Shown piece by piece: positions 50,609 through 62,789 of a DNA stretch of 64,000 nucleotides. The stretch covers positions 3,906,001-3,970,000 of the forward strand of contig CM102286.1 of assembly GCA_046563655.1 (NCBI GenBank), in the 5' to 3' direction. Origin of the DNA: Yuukianura sp. NJ FZ-2021. Its lineage: Eukaryota. The notes below the pieces were generated by a model. The model was not told the origin of the DNA, ran no database searches, and saw only the letters and a program-made list of their open reading frames with translations. Positions within the stretch are counted from its first letter, which is position 1. Every line of letters begins with the position of its first letter. A program made the translations under genes and the position numbers.

Positions 50609-50831
50609 GGTTTGACATAGAAATTACCCCAGATCAATTCTAGTAATAAGTTAAACGGACGATACGTTAAAACTACAATTATAATTAATTTAAACCCTTT
50701 TTAACCCGTTTCCTGTGTAATTAAATGCGGAAAGTACATTGTACTAACTTGTACGAGAATTATAATTGCAGATAACAAGATGTTGCTAACAATAAGTTAT
50801 ATTTCTAAGAAGTGTTTGGTTACATTACACC

Positions 50832-51121
50832 CAAGGTTCCTTGACAACGGAAAGTTGTTGGTTTGTTTGTTTTCCGTTAACAGGTTGGGTATTAAGTCAC
50901 TTGTTGACAAAAAAACGAAAAAAACAAAAATTGGTACCAATTTTGGTACCAATCCAAAAAATTGATACCAATTCGTAATCAAAATTTCTCCATTGCTATG
51001 ACTACGATGTCCTCAAATGAAGACGGAAATTTTTGGCAGGATCGAAAAAAACACGAGGTAGTACCCAACCTGTTAACGAAAGACAAACAAAACAACAGCA
51101 TTTCGTTGTCAAGGAACCTTG
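50832..51121. mobile_element. MITE with about 60-bp TIRs and 9-bp TSD
   Basis: CAAGGTTCCTTGACAACG / CGTTGTCAAGGAACCTTG; TSD CATTACACC at 50823-50831 and 51122-51130; internal palindrome AAATTGGTACCAATTT. Confidence 0.88.
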
Positions 51122-52239
51122 CATTACACCGACATACACTCAACGCTGAACATACTGGCAGTTTGTTACGTTGAGCTTAGATTGATCTAGGCCAGCACTG
51201 ATTTGGGAAAGGTAGACGACGTATTTAGGATTCCAAAAATATTTGAAAAAATGTTACGGTTTTAAAGGACAACAATACAAGCGACCCCAATACTTTAATT
51301 AAATGGACTTCTGCAACTTACGCATCTCATTGCGATTGCATACAGGGAAGTATTAATTGTGCAAAAGAAAGCCATACATATCCCAACGAAGTATTTTTCA
51401 ATTGCAGAAAAAGTTTACAAAAGATTTTCTTATTCTGGAAAACTTGCTTAAACTAAAATTTTATTTGGCTAACTGTTATTACAAAGTTGTTAAATTTGGC
51501 TTCAGCCAAGATCACACCTTTCGTTGAAGTTAAAAGAACAACACCCCATAAGTTGACGCGAAATTTTTAAAAAACAAAAACTTCCGTACTAATCTTTATT
51601 TTTCCTAATTAAACCAATGTAATTTTCGCGTATCGAATGAACCAGCATTATCAAGTCAGTCGATTTGATTAGTTCGTATAACACCAGAGCGATCTTTAAT
51701 TAATTACATTCGAAAAAGGTATTCAGCTCTTCTCTACTTTAGTCAATTACCTTTGTCACCACGGCCACATCAAAATTGTCACCTCGTAAAAATTTCAAGG
51801 CGTTGATCACTAAATAAGCATTTTCGAGTAAAAACAGAGCCCTAACTTCGTGTAAAACGTGGATTCGTTTTGTCTTTATTGCATCTTTTGAGTATAAAAC
51901 GGCCTATTTTCATCTTCTCTCGAAATTTGATTAGTTTCCTGAGCATGTCACATTTGATGATGATTTTTTTTCATCAAATCATCAGCCTCGAAAACCGTAT
52001 GTGCGTCAACCTCAATTCATCTTGAGAACTAACAAAAATATATAAATTATGAAAATTAATGTGATATTTTGGAATGCGAAGCTACCTTAAATTTTTTCTC
52101 CCGACATCCTAAGAATTTAATTACAAAACCTGCAAGGTATTTAACGTCTAGTAGTGATTAATTTTCAAGGTATAACTTTATATTAAGGTTAGTAGAATTG
52201 GTCATTTGAGGACACGTATTTGCAAAGTGAGTCTTTGCA

Positions 52240-53603
52240 ATGTTGGGAAAACGTTCTTTCAAAATCGTCAATACAATAATATTTGTAGGTAACTTTCTTC
52301 GTTTAACAACGTTCAAATGGAATCCAACTCAGTTTAAACTCAGCGCAGAAAGCCCGAAAACGTCAATTTTTGGATACATTACAATTAGTCGCCTGGGATT
52401 TAAACTTGTCAATTTTTTGACCGTGCTTTCACTTTGTTTTGGAATAGTTGGAATACTCAAGTCTCACTTTATTGACAACATGTCTTTTCAAGATGTAATG
52501 TTTCAAGTATTTATTACCAGTGTCTACGGCCTCGGATGCATCGTTTCTTTCAACAACATTCTGAGAATTGATGACGTTGCTATGTTCTACACACTTTTCA
52601 TTCGCTACGAGAAAAAACTTACAGGTTTCAAGCAAAAACGTTTTTTTTTCTTTTTAGACAATAATTAAAAAAAAGGCTAAACGTAAATTTTGTATGCTTG
52701 AACAGATGAACACCAAATCAGACCAGTGCGAGACAGAGCCTTGCCGTTGATACTTTTCTTTTTGCTCCTTGCATTATGCGAGCATCCAGCACTTATGATT
52801 TTGTATTCAGCAAACTTTAAGAAACCAGTGTATTTAGGTTCTCTCCAAACGTACATCCCGCATGAGTACAAGTTCATTCGTGTTTTGGCATTTTTGTTCT
52901 TTTTTGCAATTGAAGCACTGGAAATTGCTTCTGTAGTTTTCAATTGTCTTCTCTACGCCTTTGTTTTTATTCTCATCCTCCAATCAACGAAATTCTGGAT
53001 TCTGGAACTAAGGCAAGTGCAATAAAATCTTTATTTGAAATTTTTAAAAAATTAATAAGTTGTGCTTTTTTGCTTTGCAGTCCAACCGAAAGTGAAGATA
53101 AAAAGCGGGTAACGCATGACCAATTGCGTGTTCGTGAGTCGGCGGAGTTGTCATACAGGGCATGGCAGTTGATTTTCATTTTGTTGAATATCATCCCTAA
53201 AATAGCACTTTGCGGACAGCATTTCATGGTGGCTCTGTTACTAATCTTAAGTGCTTTCTCTACAATTGAATTCTGGGGACCGCATAACCTTGAATCCATT
53301 CCTGCTTTTATTTCCTACGCAATTTTTCCGGCAGCAGTTGCAATATTTTTTGTTTGGATTTTGATGATACAACCACAGGCAGCTGATGTGCAAATTGCAA
53401 CGCAGGATTTTAAAATGAAATGGCGCTATCGCTTACGGATGGATCGAATTGCTCAGCATCAAATGTCAAAAGAAAATTTTGTTGCCTCGTGTCGAGATAT
53501 TACGGTATCCATCGGTCCATTTTTTAATTACAAAACTTCAACCATGCCTCAAGTACAAGACGAGTGTGTGGACAAAACGATTACGCTTCTGCTAGGGCTG
53601 TAA
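52240..53603 (+). CDS. Divergent 7TM chemoreceptor-like protein (same family as 544-3945), 3 exons, second intron GC-AG
   Basis: Shared motifs F.W, FWI.EL, YR..QL...N and SCRD....G.F..Y..ST; same two intron positions as the left-end pair. Confidence 0.65.
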
Positions 53604-53966
53604 ACAAAAACAACGTTGGAAATCTAAAAGTCGTTAAGAAAGTCGTTACCACATTTTGGTAAAAATGTTCTGAACTTGCGTGTTAAATTTCCAACAATCC
53701 AGCGCAACATAGCGCTTCTTACTTTTTTTTGTTGCATTAGCTATGATAACTACAAGCATAACTACAGCAAGTACTACTAATTACTTAATAATTTCGCAGC
53801 AAATTACGACATTGTGCAGATACTATTTCGTTTTAATTTCCTTCAGTAGTTTAGTAAATTACTTTACTTTGTAGTAGCAAGTTTATTCCTAAAAGCACCA
53901 CTACAAATAAACTGCAAATAAATATCACAATACAATTCCGACTACATATGTGCAAACGCGACGAAA

Positions 53967-54299
53967 ATGCGAAGAGAAAATTTTGTTCAATTAATTATTA
54001 TCGTTTTGATTGTCGGAACTTCTGTTAAAGGTAATACAAAATTTCGATAACTTTAAAACTTATTCTTCAAATACGGTTTCAATTACATATATCAAGCAGT
54101 TGTATTAGTTTAACTCAAATACAATGTTGGTACAGATGGCGCTGCGGAACAAGATGTTATTGAAACGTCATGTAATATGGCTTGCACAATGTATGGAAAC
54201 ATGGACAATCCGGCGGCAACCCTTTGTTGTTTCAACTTGAACATGGGTTACCATGCTGGCGTATGTCGAGGCGGTGAAGCACATTGTATCAAGTATTAG
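53967..54299 (+). CDS. Diapausin-like 6-Cys secreted peptide (75 aa; exons 53967-54030, 54136-54299)
   Basis: MRRENFVQLIIIVLIVGTSVKDGAAEQDVIETSCNMACTMYGNMDNPAATLCCFNLNMGYHAGVCRGGEAHCIKY*; C-x3-C..CC..C-x6-C framework; not in the ORF track. Confidence 0.72.
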
Positions 54300-54544
54300 T
54301 AGTCTGAACGGGCGCAATTACATTTCTGGAAACGTATCCGCAGCTTCCATAAGCCCATTTTACAGTTACGCTAACTTTGTTTCAAACCTCGATTGTTACA
54401 ACTTTACTGATGTTTGTTTCAGTAATAACCACTTTCATAAGGACAATGCTAGTAACTAATTGAATTGAAAGTAATAAAAAAAATTTGGAACAGTTTTTTG
54501 TCTCTTATGGTTTTCACTTTCTATTAGTTCGTGTATCAGACACC

Positions 54545-56666
54545 ATGTTTAGCTGTAACGTTCCTTCAGTTTGTACAACTCTTCTAGTAATAACATTTTC
54601 GATAAGTTCAATTGATGCTGAATTTTATTTTTGTAACAACGGGCCACATAGGGTTAAAAGCGACGAGTGTACTGCGGGTCTAGTTTTTATGAAACCAATT
54701 GAGTCACGCTGTATTGGAGTTACTAAGGAGGATGCAACTTCTGCAACGTAAATTTTATTTTTAAATATGAGTTTTGATACAAGTACAGTGAAGAATTTAC
54801 CACTTAAGAATTTAAAATTTATCAGGAAATTTAAAATTTTTATAATTTTTAACTTGTAATTTATCAGGGTCAATTTCAACGCTTCAATTTGCGACGATTC
54901 CAAAGATATGCCAGAAGCATTGGTTGCAAACAGCGCAAACGCGACGGCGATGAGGGCGGAAGCAACAGTTCGTTTTTCATATTTCATTCACCTAGCTAAC
55001 ATTAGTTTAACTAACATTTAATTAACGTTAGTTATTCAGTTTTCTAACGGGATAAACAAATTCTGTCATATTTTAGTTCCAAGTAGCGGAATTCGATTAT
55101 ACAGGAGAGCCAGATCCGCGTAAGAAGTATTCAGTGCAATAGGAATTTTATATCTTACAACTTTTCCGAATTTTGTATCTCATTTGCCAAATTCAGGCGC
55201 TTCACCCATAGAAAAGTCAACTTCGCTCGGCCTCTGTTTATCGCAATGCCTTCCAGACTGGATTGATCCAAGTATTCCGCTAGAAGATGATCCGCCGTAT
55301 GACTTTGGACTCCCCGGAGCTTCTCCGGATATTACAGCCGAACAACAGAACATAACGCAAGGACTGTTGAACTACATGATGAACACACTAGATCCACAAA
55401 ACTATCCAAACTCCAAGGCTGACATGCGCCTTCTAGACGTATTCCAGGAGGCGTTGGACGTTTTAGAAAAACATTGTTTTCCATACTTGAAACCAGACTT
55501 TATGAAAGCCCTGTATGCTGCTCATCGTTTCCTCGTCCTCCACCCATCGGCTGGTGACCTCAATGACCTTGGCGTGTGGGAACACGCTCTCATTGTTGAA
55601 CGGCTGAGAAAATGCAAAGACAACCCATCCAAATTTGTGATAGAACCGGAAATTTGTGCTGATCCTTTAGAAGCTAAGGCATGAAAACAAAAAGAATATT
55701 CTCAAAAACAAAAATACTTTTTCAAACCTTCGGAAAAAAGATTTCGAAAATTTACATAACAAATTTTGTTTTTCGCAGATCAAGTTGATCAACAACGTGA
55801 GACCAAAACTCGAAGGAAAATCTTTCCGATGGGGAGTATTTGACTTTCTAGTTGAAGTAAAATACAAATTTAAAACATACCAATAACAAAGTACTAACGT
55901 CAAAATTACACATATGTAACATACAAATATTAACAAAAGTTTGGGGAACATGTAGGCTGCATGGGGCGCTGCTGAATTTGCGCATGGGTATTGCTACAGG
56001 GAGTTCTTGACTGATTTGACTCTGCAACATCTATTGATCAAGGCAATCGATGCATTATTTTCCAAGAAAGTTTTGGAACGATGGTAAATTTCATTTGAAA
56101 AATGTTAAAAACCGGGGTTTTTCTAAATATTATAAATACTGGCGATAGGATGTATCCACCTAAACAGAGTGATATGCTATGGAGTGGAATTCTTGGTGTA
56201 AACAACATTGAATTGATTATGCGCAACATGGATGCTTGCATTGTAGCTGGTCGGAAATTCAGTCCCTACAAGGATCGCCTGGGGCGTCCATTTGAGAGAC
56301 AACCGTAAGTTACACATTTCCAGTCACCTTCAACTTGTAACCAAGTGTAACACTTTTTTCTCAATTTGTGCAAATGTTTTCAAATTTGTGATTAGTGGTA
56401 CGTACACTGCTACAATACCTGTTCAAACACAACGTCCAATGAATGAAACAGTCAAGGGTTTCAAGGGAGACTTGGACGAGTACTGGGATCAGTATGACGC
56501 AAACGGTGGAGTCACCATGGCAATCTCCGGAAACGGTTTTTGTGCTGACTTCGTACAACAGTTTGAAGATGGTGTTCGAGTTGCTACTGACACATGTGCT
56601 CCAAGTACTGGTGACAGTGAAGACGACATCGAAGAAGAAGATGACAACGATATTGAAAAAAAATAA
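54545..56666 (+). CDS. Unknown secreted Cys-containing protein, about 8 exons, acidic C-terminus
   Basis: Signal peptide; exons at about 54868, 55077, 55197, 55779, 55956, 56149 and 56396 join in frame (requires a GC donor at 55679); no recognised domain. Confidence 0.6.
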
Positions 56667-57078
56667 GACATGATTAACTCTATGTCAAAATATTTGCATA
56701 CCCAGAAAATAAATTGTTGAGAACAAAATAAGTCGTAGTATCCCATGACGTAAATGCTAAGCAAATCCAGCAAGCATCTAATTATGACGCTTCGCCTTTT
56801 GTTCCGTCCAGTCCGCAACCTTAATGTGTGAAAATATTACGAACATGGAAACACGCAATGTTTCTTGCGACAACAATGGTTGCCTCTGGAAAGTTTCGTA
56901 GAGGCTTAAATCATGCTTCCTTTATTTAAATGTAATTCGTCTTAAAATTATTATATTTTGTCAAAAACCGTGAGAAAATGGCACACGGGTGAAGTATTAA
57001 TTAGAGTGGCACGTTTGGTTCCATGTCTCACTTTCCTGCCAGGTTTTGAACCAGAAACTACGTCAAAGTAAAAAAAAA

Positions 57079-58451
57079 ATGCAAACGTTCTGGGTAGTAA
57101 CGCTGATAGGACTTTTGCATCTATGCCCGTCGTGTTGGGGCCATGAATACACTCGGTATTCTCCCGAAGAAGTATTGGCAATGAAGCGAGTGAGTTGATA
57201 CGGTTTATTTTATTTGTATTTAAACAATTATTGCAATAGAAACATTAATTCGAATTTATTTAATATAAGATTCAAAGTATACTCGGAGAAGAATTTAAAA
57301 ACTACAAAGGACCATTTCGCACCCCTGGATACATTATTCACGTTCTAAGAGGTATGCACAACGTACATGCACATTCTGATTATGTACAAACCGGGTGAAT
57401 TTTAAAAAAGCGTGATAAAATTCGACGTTGATATTGTTTTCTGAAAAATTTGTTAATTAGAATTTTTTAATGCCTAAAACTCTTTTGGCAAGATGGAATT
57501 TCATTGTTATCTTGAATTTCAGCTAGGCACGGTGATGTTGATGGTGCAGTGGACATGATTCGTGACGTAAGAAATAAAAACGTTTAACCAAAGTTACAAA
57601 ATTTTGAAAAGATTCAAAATTTGAAATTTGAGATTTTTGCACAGATATACCGATGGCGCCGGGAGAATAATATTGATAATATTTTGAAAGAAGACTTTTC
57701 AAAATTTCGAAAACAGTATCCGTATTGGATCGACCATGGAGCATACGATGGACAGCCAAGTAAACTTCTTTAAAACTTTGAATTTTTATGTTATATACGA
57801 GCTGATGTTTAAGAATTTAATACAATATTTCAAATAGTCGGCAGCGTACCCGTGTGGAACATACGCAAGATAATGCTTGGCGGTCATCAAGAATTGGTTA
57901 TACGGTACATTGATCGAATCTTTGAAGAAGCAAATCAATATGCCCTAAATGCTACCAAAATGCACGGCAAAGAAATTACTCAAGGAATTACTATTATTGA
58001 CTTGAGTGCTTATTCTTCAAGGACGCATGCGTGTTTAGCTTGTGAGCCAAATTTCGAAAAAACAAAAAAAAAACTAGTTTAGTTTTTTTTTCTGAAATGG
58101 GAAATTGTAACTGACTTTAGGCATGCCATTCTACACGGATTTCCTGTACCACTTTGAGAACTACTACCCACAGTCTACTAGCGCCACCTTCCTTGTCAAC
58201 ACGCCAAGAATATTTACACATTTACTTGAGGTACCTTTGGAATTACCAAAATACGTGTATTTAGTATACAGTTTTTAATTAATTAAGCAATTAATGATTA
58301 ACTTTAGTTGCTTCGTCCTCTGATGTCGGAGTACACACAAAGTACGTTGAGGATCTACGGAATGAACAAAGAAGAGTATCGGTCAGCACTGCTCAAACTC
58401 ATTCCAATCGAAAGGTTACGAACTCAATTTGGCGGGAAATTGCGTGACTGA
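57079..58451 (+). CDS. SEC14/CRAL-TRIO domain protein with predicted signal peptide
   Basis: LRARHGDVDGAVDMI, WRRENNIDNIL, IIDLSAYS, FENYYP, FLVNTPRIF, RPLMS and QFGG motifs; first exon MQTFWVVTLIGLLHLCPSCWG. Confidence 0.85.
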
Positions 58452-59348
58452 TTTGGATTGGTTAATTTTTTCGCAATAAATTCCCCGCTGAATGTATTTT
58501 TTTTAATAAATTAAACACACTCATCAACTACATTTTGGTTTCTAAACATTTGATGGTTTTGAAACGTTTTTGTTCCAACTCTAAACGAAACTGCGTTTAT
58601 GAATATGATAGTTTGACAAATCAAGATAATTAATTTCATTTCTCATGAAATCCAAACAAAGAGGGAAATTTAAAATCATGTAAATCAAGCTCAATGTAGG
58701 ACGCTCAAATTTCGGCAAGTTTGATTACGCTTGACAGTCTGATTTACTAGTACCACAGACCACTCCTCCAGCTTCCCGCCTACTCCCGTGTTTTTAATGA
58801 TAAAGTGTACATAACCACATATTCTACAAGTACTTGCAAATTACACAGTTAACTGGTTAAACAGTACGTTCGAAAGAGTAACAAAGTCGCCAGTCAGATG
58901 ATTTTATCGTTTTATCTGGTTTTTCATATGTCGTAGATCGGATTGAATGTGAGAAGGAGTATCAGATATATTGCCGACGTCTGGTAAAAATCCTACAAGC
59001 AGCGTTTTGAGAATGATGAGTTGTTCATGTTCTTGTGCAATTCAATTCAATTGCAATTGAATCAATTAGAATTCCTCAGGTGGGATGTTTACTTCCTGCT
59101 GCTGTTTACCCGAACTTGCTTGATTTTCATTTTGAAAATCTCATCTTCAACCGCATCTGAGGTGAATTCGGCGCTACTGAGTCAGCAGTCACTGCCGGTA
59201 ATTTTAGTCTTTCGACAAACAACTGCAGTCTGCACTCTGCAGGTTATAAGTTAATAACCAGCAATACAAATTTAGCTAGACTCGGCTGCTAGATTTATAA
59301 ATAAACTGTTTAAGTTAAGTAGGTACTTAAGTTAAAAGATTTAGCGAC

Positions 59349-60698
59349 ATGGCCGTCCGACAAACTCCGCTAACCTGTCATGGCCACACAAGGCCGGTGG
59401 TTCATCTGGCTTTCAGTGGAATCTCAGAATCAGGTTACTACGTCATCTCCGCTTGCAAAGGTAAATGATAAAACCATGTTAAGCAGGATACCGGTATCTA
59501 AGATTGAAGTATGGATTTGTGAAGAAAGTATTTGTTGTTTTTTTTACAGATGGAAAACCGATGATACGACACGGTGACACTGGTGACTGGATCGGTACAT
59601 TTGAAGGTCACAAGGGGGCAGTTTGGGGTGTAGCGCTCAATCATGACGGTACAAGGGCTGCAACCGGCGCAGCAGATTTCAGCGCCAAGGTGATTAATTA
59701 ATACGAAAAGAGTACATTATAATTCGTTTCAGGCCTTCATAAATTTTTCTTCATTGTGGTTAGTTGTGGGATGCCCTGACGGGAACGGAGCTCCATTCCT
59801 TCCAACATAATCATATTGTCAAGTCTGTTGGTTTCAATCCAAATGGAACATCACTTGTCACCGGAAGTAACGAAAGGATCATTAGAATATTTGACCTGCA
59901 ACGCCCGGATGCGGGTGAGAATTGGAACACTAAAAAAATTGTTAAGAAATGATGCACTAATGAATATACTCCAATGTGTCTTTGTAGAGCCGATAAAACT
60001 ATCCGGTCACGACTCGAATCTTCGCAACTGCGAATTTTACGGCGACAATTATATTGTAAGTTCCTCGGATGATAAAACTTTGAGGATCTGGGACATCAAA
60101 AGCTGTCGTGAAATCCGTCGGATTGATTTCTCAAGTCCTGTTAGCGATGTAGAAGTTTCAGCAGCTAACAATACCGTGACACTAACTTATGGTACAACGG
60201 TCGCCTTTTGGAATCTGGCTACGTAAGATCTCACAAATCCTGTTTGAATTTAAATTTATTTCTAGGCCGTAATTTTTTCTCCTTGTTCAGAATGACCCAA
60301 ATTAAGGAAGTAGAAGTGCCAACACAAGTTCATTCAGCTTCGATGAAATCGGACCAGTCCATATTTGTTTGTGGTGGTGAAGATTTTAAGATTTACAAAT
60401 ACGACTTCGTCACTGGTATTGAATTAGGTGGGTCTCCAGTTTTTTTATTTTATTTCACGAACAACTTAGTCCTCAGTTTTACTTAATTTGGATTGACCTG
60501 ACTGAATTTATTTCAGAGGCCTTCAAGGGCCACTTCGGCCCAGTTCATTGCGTAAGATTTTCTCCGGATGGTGAACTCTATGCCTCCGGTTCGGAGGATG
60601 GAACTTTACGTCTATGGCAAACACATGTTGGGAAGAACTATGGCCTATGGAAGCGTATTCAGGCAACTGTTCCCGACGGTGTGCCTCTAATGGACTAG
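59349..60698 (+). CDS. STRAP: Serine-threonine kinase receptor-associated protein (STRAP/UNRIP, WD40), 6 exons
   Basis: [87 protein letters not shown]. Confidence 0.97.
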
Positions 60699-61552
60699 CT
60701 CAACCGTTCGTGAAACCCTGTGATGTCAATGTATTTAATTACAAGTTGTAAAAATAGCCCAATGACAAGATACCTCTTCGGTATGTGATCATATTTAGTT
60801 TATTTCTTACTGAAAGGTTGATTCTGGTATATTCTATTGTAAATTTGACAACCTGCGGCCGTTATCAACAACCGCTACTGTTCACGACCATTTATCGACA
60901 TATGAGATTAAAACATTGACTGATTCTTACGGTAAGAAGACCTCTTACATGTCGAAATACTTAATAATTCTTTTAAAATGATATACCAGAAATCATATTT
61001 TCAAAAAGCAATAACGAACGTTTTGACATTACTTGTTTTCATGTCACCGGTTGCCAAATCATAGTACAAAAAAAAGTTGGTCGATGGTCGCCAATTCGCC
61101 TTTGAATTACTACAGAGCACATCCCCGCTTTGCATCACATCTTCGGTTTAATTAGAACCGGAAGGACTTGGAAACCACAGTTTTCTCTAATTAAGCGGTT
61201 TAGTTGCTGTAGCATCGGCACTTCTCAGCCACTAATCGGCATTGAAATTTACATCCAAATGGGCTAAACTAACTTTAATTACTGTAACTTAACATGAATC
61301 ATTTGGGTCATCTGCTGCTGAAGTCACGTCCCGTATTCCAGAACTCTGTAAGAGAAAGTTCAACTTTCTCCAATATGAAACTTTTTGTAGATAATGATTC
61401 ACAGAAGGAATCGATTTTCTTCTAAATCCTTGCGTGGCGGATATTGAGTTGTTCTTTTCAAAGGGAGTTTTCTCTAGGATTTGGCCAAAACATGTATCTT
61501 CCTTAAGTTGACAATTTACAGTTTCATTCGAATGCTAATTTAAAAGACAATC

Positions 61553-62789
61553 ATGAAATCCGAAGTTCTAACTTTGCTTGTTCTCTCTAACGCTTTGCTT
61601 CTAACTGCAGCTCAAGTAAGTTTTACTAACATCTTAACGTTGTTGGAAAAAACTTTGTCAGTTTGGTTTAACATTTTAATTGTTGTTAACATTCTAATCA
61701 TTTCAGGGTGATGATGAAGATTCAGCAGGTAATGTAGCAATCTTTATTTGATTTTTGATAGCCAAGGTAAATCATCGTTTCTGAAATTTCGAATTTTGAT
61801 AATTAAGGTCCTGCTGTAGAGTTAGCTGTGTACGATCATCAAAATGCTCCATGTGTATTGATGCGAATAAATGCCACAATTGAAATTGAGCCAAAACGCA
61901 CCGCCAATAAGGTAAAGCGTTTTATTCTTCTTTTTTTTTCAGCGTTTTTCTCGTTTTGAATTTAACAATTCAAATTTTGTTCAACAATGTTTACAATTTG
62001 TTGTGTTTTTTTTTAAAGAAATACAATGTGGAAGTGCCGAGATACGCGATTGCCAAAGGTCAATGTGGAAATGGAATTGATTCAAGAATGCTAATAACTT
62101 GGGGCAACAGTTTTCGTTTGAATTGGCACTTCCAGAAGGTAAATTTTCAAAAGTTAAATATAACTCCAACAATAAAATAGTGCATTAATATTTTCCATTT
62201 TACAAGTCACGCGTCAGTGACGCCTGGTATGTTGACCAAATCATCTTCAGCTATAACACTGCAGAGAAGCTGTTCAATGAAGCTGAAGGTCTGAAAGCAA
62301 TACAAACTATTGGTCGACTAGTCTCCAAAAACTGTGAATTTTTATGAAATTTTTAGGCGCTGGGGAAGTTCATGAAATTCGTTCTCCAGACTCATTTACA
62401 CTCTGGCTTACACCGACTGGACGGGCGTATAGTTGCAGCATAACGCAGGAAATCAAACTTCTGGACATGAAGAAACATCGACGAGTAACCATCGTGCTCA
62501 AACAAATCAAAATCCAACCTTTTGGAACAATCACGCGTCATCAATATGGAGAAGGTAGAGCATTCTTCCACATAAACTCCTAAATTTTTGGAAAAAGTGT
62601 AAAGAAATATTGATTTGAAGATTTTATTCCATAGCATTCGTGTGTCCAGAAGAAGCTGGAAGAAGGAATGAAACGGTGCCAATTGCGGTGGGAAGTACTT
62701 TAGCAATTGTTGTTCTTCTCACGATCGGAATTTATGCTGGATATCGCTATTTCAAAGTCAAGAAAATTGAATACGATACAATGGAATAG
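61553..62789 (+). CDS. LAMP-family membrane glycoprotein (single LAMP domain, LAMP5-like), 7 exons
   Basis: Signal peptide; C.LM, G.C, TPTGRAYSC, IQPF, C..ETVPIAVG TM, and C-terminal YDTM (YxxPhi) sorting signal; 22-nt microexon 61707-61728. Confidence 0.88.

Noticed and set aside
50625..51195. Outer element around the MITE (AGATCAAT / ATTGATCT)
   Set aside because: Short match and no TSD found.
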